64,000 nucleotides of DNA, taken from a virus. The notes under the pieces were generated by a model. It was not told the DNA's origin, did not search any database, and saw nothing but the letters and a program-made list of their open reading frames with translations. Positions 29,208 to 37,730 of the stretch are shown piece by piece (position 1 is the first letter of the stretch; each line of letters starts with the position of its first letter). Location of the stretch: the IMG/VR virus record IMGVR_UViG_3300037044_000228, positions 1 through 64,000 of that record; one strand, given 5' to 3'. Made by a program: the position numbers and the translations under genes.

Positions 29208-29573
29208 ATGGCCCGCCATGAGTATCCCCGCGTCGTGTCGCAGGTGAGCGTCAGCGCGCAACCGGGCGGCGACGATTTTCTGCTGCAGGCGAGGTCGCAT
29301 CTCGACGACGACCAAATGCAGGCGATCGCCACCGGTCGGATCCTCCAACCCGGCAACGCTACGGCGGACTATGCGCCATGTCCGCTGACGGCGGTGAAGG
29401 TGCTCGCGCTGCGGGGCGTGAGGTTCAAGCCCGTGCGTGGCGAGATCGACCCGGCGCCGTGGCGGCCCTTCCGGGTGCGGGGCAATCCGAGCCAGCGGCT
29501 GAACCGCGAGGACTTGGCGGATTTCAGTGACGCCGACGACCGGCGAGCGCTTTCGAGGGGGATGCTTCCATGA
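29208..29573 (+). CDS. hypothetical protein
   Basis: GGAGG RBS. Confidence 0.55.
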   Translation: MARHEYPRVVSQVSVSAQPGGDDFLLQARSHLDDDQMQAIATGRILQPGNATADYAPCPLTAVKVLALRGVRFKPVRGEIDPAPWRPFRVRGNPSQRLNREDLADFSDADDRRALSRGMLP

Positions 29574-30566
29574 GTGAGACCAACACTGGCGCGCGCCCAT
29601 GGTCGCGACGCCTGTCAGCCGAGGAACTGATCGCGTGGGTGCTGACACTGATGCTCGGTGCGATCGGCATGGCGTGCATCGCCGCGAGCCTGCAGGCGGC
29701 CGGGCTGTGAGCGTCGCTCTAAGAACGGGAACCCGGCCCGTGCGACCGCGACCTGCGCTTCTGGCGTCGACCGCGGCGGGCCGTCTGGATCTAGGCGCGT
29801 TCCGCCAGGGATGGATGCGGCCCGCGAATTGGGACATCGCCCACTGGTTCACGCGCGCCTCTCCGACCGGCGGCTGGCAGACCGCGTGCGGGCGATCGGT
29901 CGCGCGCCTGTTCCGCGATCACGCCGGCGAGGTCGGCTATCCCGCCGCCGGTCATCCGACCTGCCGCAAGTGCGCCGCGTCCCTGCGCTGATCCCGCGCC
30001 CCGCCGTTGGCGCATCCCCGCCGGGGCCGAACGCCTGAGCGCTGAACCTTCAAGGAAGGGAGATGCGCGCGCTTCACGGGTGCGCGCCATCGTGCGGGCG
30101 ACTGTGCGTGTGATCGGGGAGAGAGACACGAACGCGGGTGTGCGGTCGACGTGCGTGTGCTTGCGACCGGTAGAGGTTGAAGGGCGTGTGCGTTCGAGGG
30201 GGCGTCAACCGGGAGCGGTCGGGCCAGTAGGGGTGCGATCAAGGGGGCGACCGGCGTACCGATTTCTGCACTTTCCATGCGACCGGCCGGCCAGCGTCGC
30301 GACCGTCAACGACCGTGGCAAACCGCCTGACAAAAACTCGCAGCGGTCGAGAGGCCTCAAGGCCATGGGGCCCATCGTTCCGGCAGGCCACACCGCGCAG
30401 ATAATCGCGACTTAGACTCTGCGCGCTTTGCAGGCGACTCGCGCGCGAAACTGCCCCTCTTACCGAAAACTGCCCCGCCAGCGGCCACAGACGGGCCCAC
30501 AGCGCGTCCGTCGATCCCGCCGCAGCACGGGGGCGGACGCATCCACCACGCACCACGGAGTCACCC

Positions 30567-31124
30567 ATGCCTTCTCTCGCAACCTCTGGCGTCGCCGCGC
30601 TCGAGCGTGGAACCAAGCCGCGCGCGCTCGGCAAGGGGCTTGCGGCCCTCATGGGTCTGGATGCCGAGACCCTGCAGCCAGCGACGGCGGAACCCGAGGC
30701 GGCGTCGCCGGGGCTGATGGGCGACCGGGCGACCCTCCCGCGCCGGCCGTTCGATCCCGTGGCGCTGGAACTCGCGCTCGCGCTGATGACCGTGATCCAT
30801 GAGCAGGGCAAGCGCTATGCGGCGGTGAACGCCAAGCTCCGCGAGATCGGCGGGGACTTCGCGCCGCAGGTCGGCGAGATGGACGAGACGGTGTCGGCGG
30901 CGACCTTCGCGCTCATCAACCGCGTGATCGGGCCAGAGCCGAACAGCGACATGGGCACCTATCTCGCGCACGAGTGCTTCATGGGTGAGACGTTCGGCGG
31001 GCGGATGGAGACGCGCGAGTTCCATATCACCAACGCCGATGGGTCCGAGGGGCGGTTTCCCATGGGGTCGGTCGACGACCTGCGGACATACGTTCTGGCG
31101 ATGGAAGCCGAGCACACGTCATGA
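30567..31124 (+). CDS. hypothetical protein with ParB-type N-terminal LGKGL peptide
   Basis: KPRALGKGLAALMG near N-terminus; remainder not ParB-like. Confidence 0.65.
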   Translation: MPSLATSGVAALERGTKPRALGKGLAALMGLDAETLQPATAEPEAASPGLMGDRATLPRRPFDPVALELALALMTVIHEQGKRYAAVNAKLREIGGDFAPQVGEMDETVSAATFALINRVIGPEPNSDMGTYLAHECFMGETFGGRMETREFHITNADGSEGRFPMGSVDDLRTYVLAMEAEHTS

Positions 31125-31426
31125 CCGGGCCGCGCATCCTTCTCATCGCGCGGTCGGAAGCGATGGCGTTCGCGCTGCGTCGCCACTTCGATCCTGACCA
31201 TGTGATCTGCTCGACCTATCGCCGACAATGTGGCTGGCGCGGCATCACGGCCATCTGGGCGGAACAGCCGCACGACGAACAGGAGCGGCGCGCCCTCGTC
31301 GAGTGGGCGCCGACGCGCTTTGGGCCGGACGGCGGGCCGATCGTGCTCGTGGAGCAGGGCGCGCTCTGGGATCTCGACCTGCCGCTGCGCCGGCGCGTGA
31401 CGCTTGGGCCGGGTGCGCAGACATGA
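31121..31426 (+). CDS. hypothetical protein
   Basis: ATGA-coupled. Confidence 0.5.
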   Translation: MTGPRILLIARSEAMAFALRRHFDPDHVICSTYRRQCGWRGITAIWAEQPHDEQERRALVEWAPTRFGPDGGPIVLVEQGALWDLDLPLRRRVTLGPGAQT

Positions 31427-31680
31427 CCGGCATCGAGATCGACCGCGAGCGCGCGGCATTGTCGGTCGGCGAGATCTACGCGCTCACCTGCGATGGTGAC
31501 TTCACGCTAGGCGATGAAGTGATGACGCTTGAGGCGAAGGGGCTCGTGATCTTCGACCGCACCGACGACGATGTGTGGCCGTTCACCCACACGGCGCGCG
31601 GTCGTGAGATCGCGAGGGCGATTCCCGAGAGTGAGCGGCTGGCGGCGGCGCAGGCGTACCGGATGGGAACTCAGCCATGA
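31423..31680 (+). CDS. small winged-helix-like protein
   Basis: LEAKGLV...THTARGREIA. Confidence 0.5.
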   Translation: MTGIEIDRERAALSVGEIYALTCDGDFTLGDEVMTLEAKGLVIFDRTDDDVWPFTHTARGREIARAIPESERLAAAQAYRMGTQP

Positions 31681-31958
31681 GCGAACAAACCTTCTACACG
31701 CGACCGCGCACGCGCAAGCCGATCAACTTCGCGCTGCGCTTTGTGGTGCTCGCCATGCTGTTGAGCGGGCCCCAGACAGCGGCGACCATGGCGCGCGCGA
31801 CCGGCGTGACCGAGCCCTATATCGGCGCGCTGCTGCGCCAGTACCGCCACCACGGCGCCGTGCGCGTCGCTTGGGTCGATCGCCTCGACGTGCGCGCCGG
31901 GCGGCGCGTGTGGGTGCTCGCGACCGATCTCATCGCCAACAACGGAGGCGCGCCATGA
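31677..31958 (+). CDS. small HTH protein
   Basis: GPQTAATMARATGVTEPYIGALL. Confidence 0.5.
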   Translation: MSEQTFYTRPRTRKPINFALRFVVLAMLLSGPQTAATMARATGVTEPYIGALLRQYRHHGAVRVAWVDRLDVRAGRRVWVLATDLIANNGGAP

Positions 31959-32257
31959 TCGCACCGCAAGACTACGACGCTGCACCGACCGCGCGCGGCG
32001 TGGAGATGGCGCAGCCCGTGGTCGGCGAGATCCTCGCCGCGTTCACTCAGGTTGAAATCGCGACCATCCTCGGCCGCATCCGCTTTCCGGTGCGTGCGCA
32101 CTTCGACGCCATGTGCCGGCTCGAGGAAGACGGCTTCATCGACATCGACCGGGGATGCGAGAGCATGTGGCGCACGACGCTCACGCCGATGGGCGCTGCG
32201 CTCCGCAACGACATTCCCCAACTCGTCGCCGACACCATCGGCATGACGCCGCACTGA
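31955..32257 (+). CDS. small winged-helix-like protein (resembles 31423 ORF)
   Basis: LEEDGFI...TLTPMGAALRNDIP. Confidence 0.5.
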   Translation: MIAPQDYDAAPTARGVEMAQPVVGEILAAFTQVEIATILGRIRFPVRAHFDAMCRLEEDGFIDIDRGCESMWRTTLTPMGAALRNDIPQLVADTIGMTPH

Positions 32258-32321
32258 GCAGCGCGTGCGACGCAACACGCACACCACAACCAGCCACACC
32301 ACAACCAGAAGGGAGACGGTC

Positions 32322-32951
32322 ATGGAGCCGACGACGGTTCACGGCATCTTGCGCGCGGTCGGCGCGGCGATCGGCGCGGGCGCGATCACGACGGCGGCAG
32401 TCGCGGCGACCTTCACCGACGGCGCGTTCTGGCCCTGGCTCCCGATCGCGTGCACCGTGACGGTGCTCGGCGGCGAGCTCCTGAGTGGCGCGGCGGCGGT
32501 GATGGCGTGGCGTCTGGTCTGCACCGTCCTGCTCGGCCTTGCGCTCGGGACCGTGCTCTATGGCGTGTCGCTGGTGGCGGGGCGGGGCGTCGCCGATGCG
32601 ATCGCGGTGGCGATCCTTGCGGTGGTGGCGCTGCGGCTTCTTTCAGCGGTGCGCGTGCACGGACGCCGGCTGGCGCTGTTAGAATTCAACTCTGCGCACT
32701 TCGGCGCCGCCAACCGCGATCTGTGGCCGATGCACGGCCCGCAGGATCACGGACCCGAGGCATGGCGGTGGTGGGCGCTCGCTGCGTTCCACTTCGCCGA
32801 GTGCAACCCGAACATTCCGGTCGACTACAAGACGCACCGGACGTGGCGGCTCTGGATCTATGTGCGCGGACACGGCGCCGTCCATATCGACGCCCATCTG
32901 ATGCGCTGGGCTTTCCTGCGCGGCGGGCAGCGCGTGGGGCAGGTGATCTAA
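32322..32951 (+). CDS. multi-pass membrane protein
   Basis: About four hydrophobic helices at the N-terminus; GGGAG RBS. Confidence 0.55.
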   Translation: MEPTTVHGILRAVGAAIGAGAITTAAVAATFTDGAFWPWLPIACTVTVLGGELLSGAAAVMAWRLVCTVLLGLALGTVLYGVSLVAGRGVADAIAVAILAVVALRLLSAVRVHGRRLALLEFNSAHFGAANRDLWPMHGPQDHGPEAWRWWALAAFHFAECNPNIPVDYKTHRTWRLWIYVRGHGAVHIDAHLMRWAFLRGGQRVGQVI

Positions 32952-32994
32952 ACGCTCTTCACGCGCGCCGCGAATCGAGGCAAAAATGCCTCAC

Positions 32995-33062
32995 GCGGGG
33001 TTGATTTAGCGGTCCGGTGTCCAACCAGACTGTCCGGGGTGAGACTCCTCGGCCCCGCTCCA
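32995..33062 (+). tRNA. degenerate, D-armless tRNA-Gly(TCC)-like gene
   Basis: Acceptor GCGGGGT/GCCCCGC plus T-CCA; T arm CGGGG-TGAGACT-CCTCG; anticodon arm TCCGG-TGTCCAA-CCAGA; only 11 nt where the D arm should be. Confidence 0.55.
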
Positions 33063-33103
33063 ACTTTTGATCCGTGTTCTCCCCGAAACGTCAGTGTTGG
33101 GAG

Positions 33104-33151
33104 CCCCGCCGACCTTGATCCATGGGATCGGTCGGCGGGGTTTCGCTTTCT
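33104..33151 (+). terminator. probable intrinsic terminator
   Basis: CCCCGCCGACC...GGTCGGCGGGG hairpin followed by TTTCGCTTTCT. Confidence 0.55.
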
Positions 33152-33278
33152 GTGAGAGCCCGGCGTGGCGCGAGCGACTAATCGGTGCGCGGTGGCGGTT
33201 GGCTCAACTGCCGGACTTGTAAGACCTCGCATCGGCCGCACCGGGTTTTTACCGGCACCAGTAAAAAGGCCACCACAC

Positions 33279-33488
33279 ATGAACAAGAACACCACAGCAA
33301 ACCCGTTCAAGGTAGGCGACATCGTCTGGCTGAACAGCGGTTCCCCCTCAATGACCGTTGTCGAGACGGCGGATGCGCTCTGCTACGTTGCATGGGTGAA
33401 CGACGCCGGCGACAAGGTGCACGATGAGTTCGCGGCCGCGTGCTTGCGCAACTCTGATCCGTCCCGCGTGATGCGGCGGGCGGCGTGA
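33279..33488 (+). CDS. DUF2158 / YodC-like protein
   Basis: FKVGDIVWLNSGSPSMTV...F.AACL. Confidence 0.8.
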   Translation: MNKNTTANPFKVGDIVWLNSGSPSMTVVETADALCYVAWVNDAGDKVHDEFAAACLRNSDPSRVMRRAA

Positions 33489-33829
33489 GCGCGACCGAGA
33501 TGGCGGGCGCAGCGAACCCGACCGCGCCGACCGATACCGCACCGCTTTGGCTCATCGGCCATCATGCGGCGATCGCCGATGCGATCGACAGCGTGCGTGC
33601 GCTCTACAAGATCCCGGTCAAGATCACGGTCGTCGTGCGCCACGTCGACGGCGAGCCGGGTGACGGCGCGGTGGTGGGCGATGATGACAGCGCGCTCGTG
33701 ATCGCAACCATCCAGGCGCTGGAAGCGGCGGCGAAGGTGGCGCGGGAGTGGGACCCAAGCTGGGAAGACACTGATCCCGAGGCGGAAGGTTTCGAGTACT
33801 TCAACCCCGACACCGGCTGCCGGCTTTGA
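33485..33829 (+). CDS. hypothetical protein
   Basis: GTGA-coupled. Confidence 0.5.
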   Translation: MSATEMAGAANPTAPTDTAPLWLIGHHAAIADAIDSVRALYKIPVKITVVVRHVDGEPGDGAVVGDDDSALVIATIQALEAAAKVAREWDPSWEDTDPEAEGFEYFNPDTGCRL

Positions 33830-33922
33830 GGCGACCGCGCCGTCCGGCGTTCGCGTTCGCGGGGTCGTATGTCACGGCCTCTTCAAAGGCTCGACCATCC
33901 GCTTTTTCTAAGGAGCCCGACC

Positions 33923-34333
33923 ATGCCTAACCCCACCCCCACAGACATAGAAGCGCTTGCTGATGCGCTGGACCTCATCGACGGCTGGGTGCTGTACGCT
34001 CAATGGGCCGACAACGTGACGGTCGAAGAGGCTAGTCGCTTGTGGGATGCAATGTCGCCCGCAGATCGCGGCGAATGGCATCGCTGCGCACTTCCGTTCG
34101 CAGAGCTTTCACAACGGGCCGCGACCGCTCTGCGCGAGCTAGAAGCGAAGCGGGTGATGGCGGTGGAGGCGCTGGGGCCGTTTGCGCAAGCGCCGCAGGA
34201 CTACAGCAACGCAAGGGCATCCGACACGGAGCGTTACCCCGCGACGTTTGCGCTGACGTTTGGCGCAATCCGCCGCGCCGCCACCACGCACGCGGCCCTT
34301 GAGAAGATCGCTGAGAATGTAGGGAAGGGATGA
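33923..34333 (+). CDS. hypothetical phage protein
   Basis: AAGGAG RBS; EALGPFA...LTFGAIRRA motif. Confidence 0.55.
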   Translation: MPNPTPTDIEALADALDLIDGWVLYAQWADNVTVEEASRLWDAMSPADRGEWHRCALPFAELSQRAATALRELEAKRVMAVEALGPFAQAPQDYSNARASDTERYPATFALTFGAIRRAATTHAALEKIAENVGKG

Positions 34334-34761
34334 GCGAGATCGAAGCATTTGCAGCGCGCCTCAATGGCCGCGAGTACCGCGACGAGATCGGCGTAGTGGA
34401 GGCCGCCGAGGCGAAGATTGCTGGTCTGCTTGTCTGCTTCGGCGCGTCCGACGGTCTCCTGGAATTTCGTGGCGTGCTCGATGATGAAGTCGGCGCGTGG
34501 GAAGGAACTGTCTGCCGCATATCGCGCGACCTCAAGGTGATCGAACAGCGCGATGATCACCGCGAGCTTGTCGCCGCCGGATGGTCGCCGCCGACTCCCG
34601 CCATCACGGTCAGGGCGGCATGGTGTCCCGAAGGCTTCGACGGCTCATGGCTCATTACCGCCGACGAGCCCTTCGCTCCATTCGACATCATGGAAGACGG
34701 CGAACTGTATTGCCGTGGCTGCGTCATTGACGCCCGCCGCGCAGCAGGAGGAACGCCATGA
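34330..34761 (+). CDS. conserved hypothetical phage protein
   Basis: LNGREY...FGASDGLLEFRG...FDIMEDGELYCRG. Confidence 0.7.
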   Translation: MSEIEAFAARLNGREYRDEIGVVEAAEAKIAGLLVCFGASDGLLEFRGVLDDEVGAWEGTVCRISRDLKVIEQRDDHRELVAAGWSPPTPAITVRAAWCPEGFDGSWLITADEPFAPFDIMEDGELYCRGCVIDARRAAGGTP

Positions 34762-35041
34762 GCCGTGAGTCTATTGTGGAGGCGATGGTGCGGGCGATGT
34801 GCGCAGCCATAGAGCTACCCGAAAACGTTGAGCGCAATTTCTGGCTGTGGAAAAGCGACGCCAAAGCCGCCCTCACCGCCGTCGAAGCGCAAGGCTTCGT
34901 GCTCGTGCCGAAGGTGGCGACGGAGGATATGCTGTTCGCGATGGGCAAGCGGCGAACTTCCACATCCCGCGCGACGCAAATCGCGCCGTCGTCTTGACCG
35001 CCATGCTCGCCGCCTCCCCTTCGAAGGAGAGCGGGACGTGA
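34758..35041 (+). pseudogene. small phage protein with 1-nt frameshift near 34945
   Basis: VPKVATEDMLFAMG continues in another frame as QAANFHIP...AMLAASP, ending in a GTGA overlap with the next gene. Confidence 0.5.
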
Positions 35042-36123
35042 GCGACGCCATGCGCTTCGGCTCTGTCTGCAGCGGCATCGAAGCTGCATCCGTGGCGTGG
35101 CGTCCGCTCGGCTGGAAAGGCGCGTTCGTGTCCGAGATCGACAAAGCCGCAAGCGCCGTGCTGGCGCACCATTATCCTGAGACGCCGAACCTTGGCGACA
35201 TGACGAAGTGGAACACCTGGCCCGATGCAACTCTCGATGTTCTCATCGGAGGAACGCCCTGCCAGTCGTTCTCGCTCGCGGGACTGCGACGAGGACTCGA
35301 CGATCCGCGCGGTGCTCTCATGCTCGTCTATGGAGCGATTGCTCGCCGCTATCGGCCCCGTTGGTTGGTTTGGGAGAACGTGCCCGGCGCGCTGTCAGCA
35401 GACGAAGGACGGGCGTTTGGAACCCTCGTCGGGATGCTGGCCGAACTCGGGTATGGGTTCGCCTACCGAGTTCTGGACGCTCAATACTTCGGTCTGGCCC
35501 AGCGACGCGAGCGTGTGTTCGTTGTCGGCTATCTTGGAGACTGGCGACCACCTGCAGCGGTACTTCTTGAGCGCGCAGGTCTGTCAAACGATCCTCGACC
35601 GCGCCGGGTCTTCGCTGCCGGCGAGATTGCGCAGGGCGGTGGAGGCGGGAGCCGCGAGGCGGTAGCCTTCAAGACATCGCACTACACGCGCGGCAAGGAT
35701 GGCGCGCCCAGCGTGATCTTCCCGCCGTTGTCAGCGGACGCCGACCGCGGCGACCAAGAGGCGGTGCTCTTATGTCCCGGCGACGCGATCGCGTTCGCGC
35801 TGCGTGGTCGGGAGGGTGGCGTGGCGCCGGAGATCCACGGTGATGGCACGACCGTCGGCGCGCTGCGTTCTGCGAGCGGCGGGTCCAGCCGTGACTATCT
35901 CGCGATCGGCGACGTCGTGCGTCGCATCACGCCGCGCGAGGCAGAGCGGCTGCAGGGCTTCGAAGATGACTACACGCTCGTGCCCTTCGCGGGCGGGATG
36001 ATGTCGGACAGCCAGCGCTACAAGCAGCTTGGCAACACGATCGCGGTGCCTGTGCTCGACTGGCTGGGGCGGCGCATCGATCGCGTCGAGGCAGAGATGG
36101 CGCGGATGCGCGTCGCCGCTTAG
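35038..36123 (+). CDS. DNA (cytosine-5)-methyltransferase
   Basis: SVCSGIEA, GGTPCQSFS, WENVPG, QRRERVF, RRITPREAERLQGF, YKQLGN. Confidence 0.95.
   Translation: MSDAMRFGSVCSGIEAASVAWRPLGWKGAFVSEIDKAASAVLAHHYPETPNLGDMTKWNTWPDATLDVLIGGTPCQSFSLAGLRRGLDDPRGALMLVYGAIARRYRPRWLVWENVPGALSADEGRAFGTLVGMLAELGYGFAYRVLDAQYFGLAQRRERVFVVGYLGDWRPPAAVLLERAGLSNDPRPRRVFAAGEIAQGGGGGSREAVAFKTSHYTRGKDGAPSVIFPPLSADADRGDQEAVLLCPGDAIAFALRGREGGVAPEIHGDGTTVGALRSASGGSSRDYLAIGDVVRRITPREAERLQGFEDDYTLVPFAGGMMSDSQRYKQLGNTIAVPVLDWLGRRIDRVEAEMARMRVAA
35225..35665 (+). CDS. nested +1-frame ORF resembling the M.EcoHK31I beta polypeptide
   Basis: SSGCWPNSGM...FWTLNT..WPS....CSLSAILET....YFLS...ILDRA...LP; resemblance recalled, not searched. 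Confidence 0.5.
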   Translation: MQLSMFSSEERPASRSRSRDCDEDSTIRAVLSCSSMERLLAAIGPVGWFGRTCPARCQQTKDGRLEPSSGCWPNSGMGSPTEFWTLNTSVWPSDASVCSLSAILETGDHLQRYFLSAQVCQTILDRAGSSLPARLRRAVEAGAARR

Positions 36124-36632
36124 GCGCGGTCGGCGTTCTCCATGTCCTCCCAGCGGATGATGAAGCTGGTGAGCCATTGGCGCTGCTCGCGCGTGAACCA
36201 CTCTGCGTGCAACACGAGCTCGTCGGCGCTCATGTCCCAGCCGGGCGGCACCTTCAACTGCGCGTTCTCCGCAAGCCAAGCGTCATACTCGGCGGTGAGC
36301 ACGTCTCGCAGCGAGGGCGCTGCAACCTCAAGGTTCCCGCCCAGCGCAGTGATGCGGGTCGTCCAGCCAGTGAGGATCGCGGCGCCTGTGCGGCTCGCGC
36401 GATCTACGCCGCGCGCGATGGGTAGGGCGGATGCGCCGTCGCCGTCGAGAAGCGGCGTCATCATCTCTGCGATGGCGTCCATCACCACCGGGCCGACCGC
36501 GACTTCGTCCCAACCGTTCCAGCGTTGCCCGGTGGCGGTCCCGGCGAACAGCGTGTGATCGATGCCGAGCGCGCTATCAATGCGGAAGATGACTTCCGCG
36601 CCGGCGGCGTACGTCTTGGCTTCTGTGCTCAT
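36120..36632 (-). CDS. hypothetical protein
   Basis: GGAGG RBS; TGQRWNGW and MSADEL...QRQWLTSFIIRWE motifs. Confidence 0.65.
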   Translation of the reverse strand: MSTEAKTYAAGAEVIFRIDSALGIDHTLFAGTATGQRWNGWDEVAVGPVVMDAIAEMMTPLLDGDGASALPIARGVDRASRTGAAILTGWTTRITALGGNLEVAAPSLRDVLTAEYDAWLAENAQLKVPPGWDMSADELVLHAEWFTREQRQWLTSFIIRWEDMENADRA

Positions 36633-36641
36633 GTGTTCCTC

Positions 36642-37568
36642 CTACACCATCGACGGCGTGACTGCATGCGACCGCAGCGCGGTCTCGAGACGGGCCAGAT
36701 CCTCGCGCATGACCGCGATGAGATCGGCAGCGGCCGTCGCCTTGCCGGGGTTCACTTGGCGCAGCGCGACGATCTCGTTGTTGACCGTGGACGCCCGCAG
36801 CAGCGCGGCGACGCCGGTGAGGCGTTTCTCGAACGAGCGCGCGCGGCGGCGATCGGCTTCCGAGACCGGGGGCGGGGCGTCAAGATCGAAGAACGATTGG
36901 TGCTCGGCTTCCTTGATCTGGATCGCGGCGTTGCGGAGCGCGTCATACGTCGCGCAGTCCCCGGCCTTGATACACCGGAACAGCGCATCCTGCCCGCCGG
37001 GCGACAGCTGCGCCATCTCGTAGGCCTGACTGTTCGAGAGCGATTTGCCACGGAGCAGCGTCTGGTACTCCGGGCGCAGCTTGAGCAGGCAGGTGCGTTC
37101 GGTGACGCGCCACGCCTGCTGCAGACCAAGGCGCTTGGCGAGCTCTTCGATCGTGAGGCCCATATCGAGGCAGCGTTGGTAGGCGACCGCCTCTTCCAGC
37201 GGCGAGACGTCCCGGCGCGCGGCGTTCTCAACGATGGCGCGCAGCATGACGTCGCGATCGGTCAGCACGCCTTCGACGCGGGCTTCGATCTCGGTGCGAC
37301 CGAGAAGGCGATGGGCGCGAAACCTGCGTTCACCTGCCACGATCATGTAGCCCATGCGGACCTCGCCGACGGTGTCGGACGGCATCTCGCGCGGCGTGAC
37401 GACGATGGGTTGCATCAAGCCCTGTTCCTCGATCGCATCCGCGAGCTCGCGCAGCGCGGTCCCGTCGAAGTGCTGGCGCGGTTGGTCGGGGTTGGCGAAC
37501 ACGTCGCACATGGGGACCATGCGGACGGGCGAGGGTGCGGCGGCGACTGGCGTGGTGGCGGTGGTCAT
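36642..37568 (-). CDS. ParB/RepB/Spo0J-family protein
   Basis: NPDQPRQHFD, GLMQPIVV, IVAGERRFRA, IVENAARRDVSPLEEA, HTH. Confidence 0.9.
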   Translation of the reverse strand: MTTATTPVAAAPSPVRMVPMCDVFANPDQPRQHFDGTALRELADAIEEQGLMQPIVVTPREMPSDTVGEVRMGYMIVAGERRFRAHRLLGRTEIEARVEGVLTDRDVMLRAIVENAARRDVSPLEEAVAYQRCLDMGLTIEELAKRLGLQQAWRVTERTCLLKLRPEYQTLLRGKSLSNSQAYEMAQLSPGGQDALFRCIKAGDCATYDALRNAAIQIKEAEHQSFFDLDAPPPVSEADRRRARSFEKRLTGVAALLRASTVNNEIVALRQVNPGKATAAADLIAVMREDLARLETALRSHAVTPSMV

Positions 37569-37730
37569 CTGGTGGCTCCCGGTGGTGGCGGGCTAGAGGG
37601 GCGACTTGCGTCTAGGGCTATACTTGCGGACAGAACCCGCCGGCGCAAGGGCAAAATGCGATGCGCTGCAACGAAAAGCCGCCCGGCTTGGGAGCGGGGC
37701 GGCTTTCCTGCGTGATTGTGGCTGCGTTTG

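Noticed and set aside
30315-30480. c-di-GMP-I riboswitch (GGCAAACC) and AAACTGCCCC direct repeat
   Set aside because: Second stem and GCAAA/tetraloop-receptor elements are missing; the two-copy 10-mer is too weak to call.
34940-34950. Programmed frameshift in the 34758 gene
   Set aside because: A missing G in a short G run is better explained by read error or decay.
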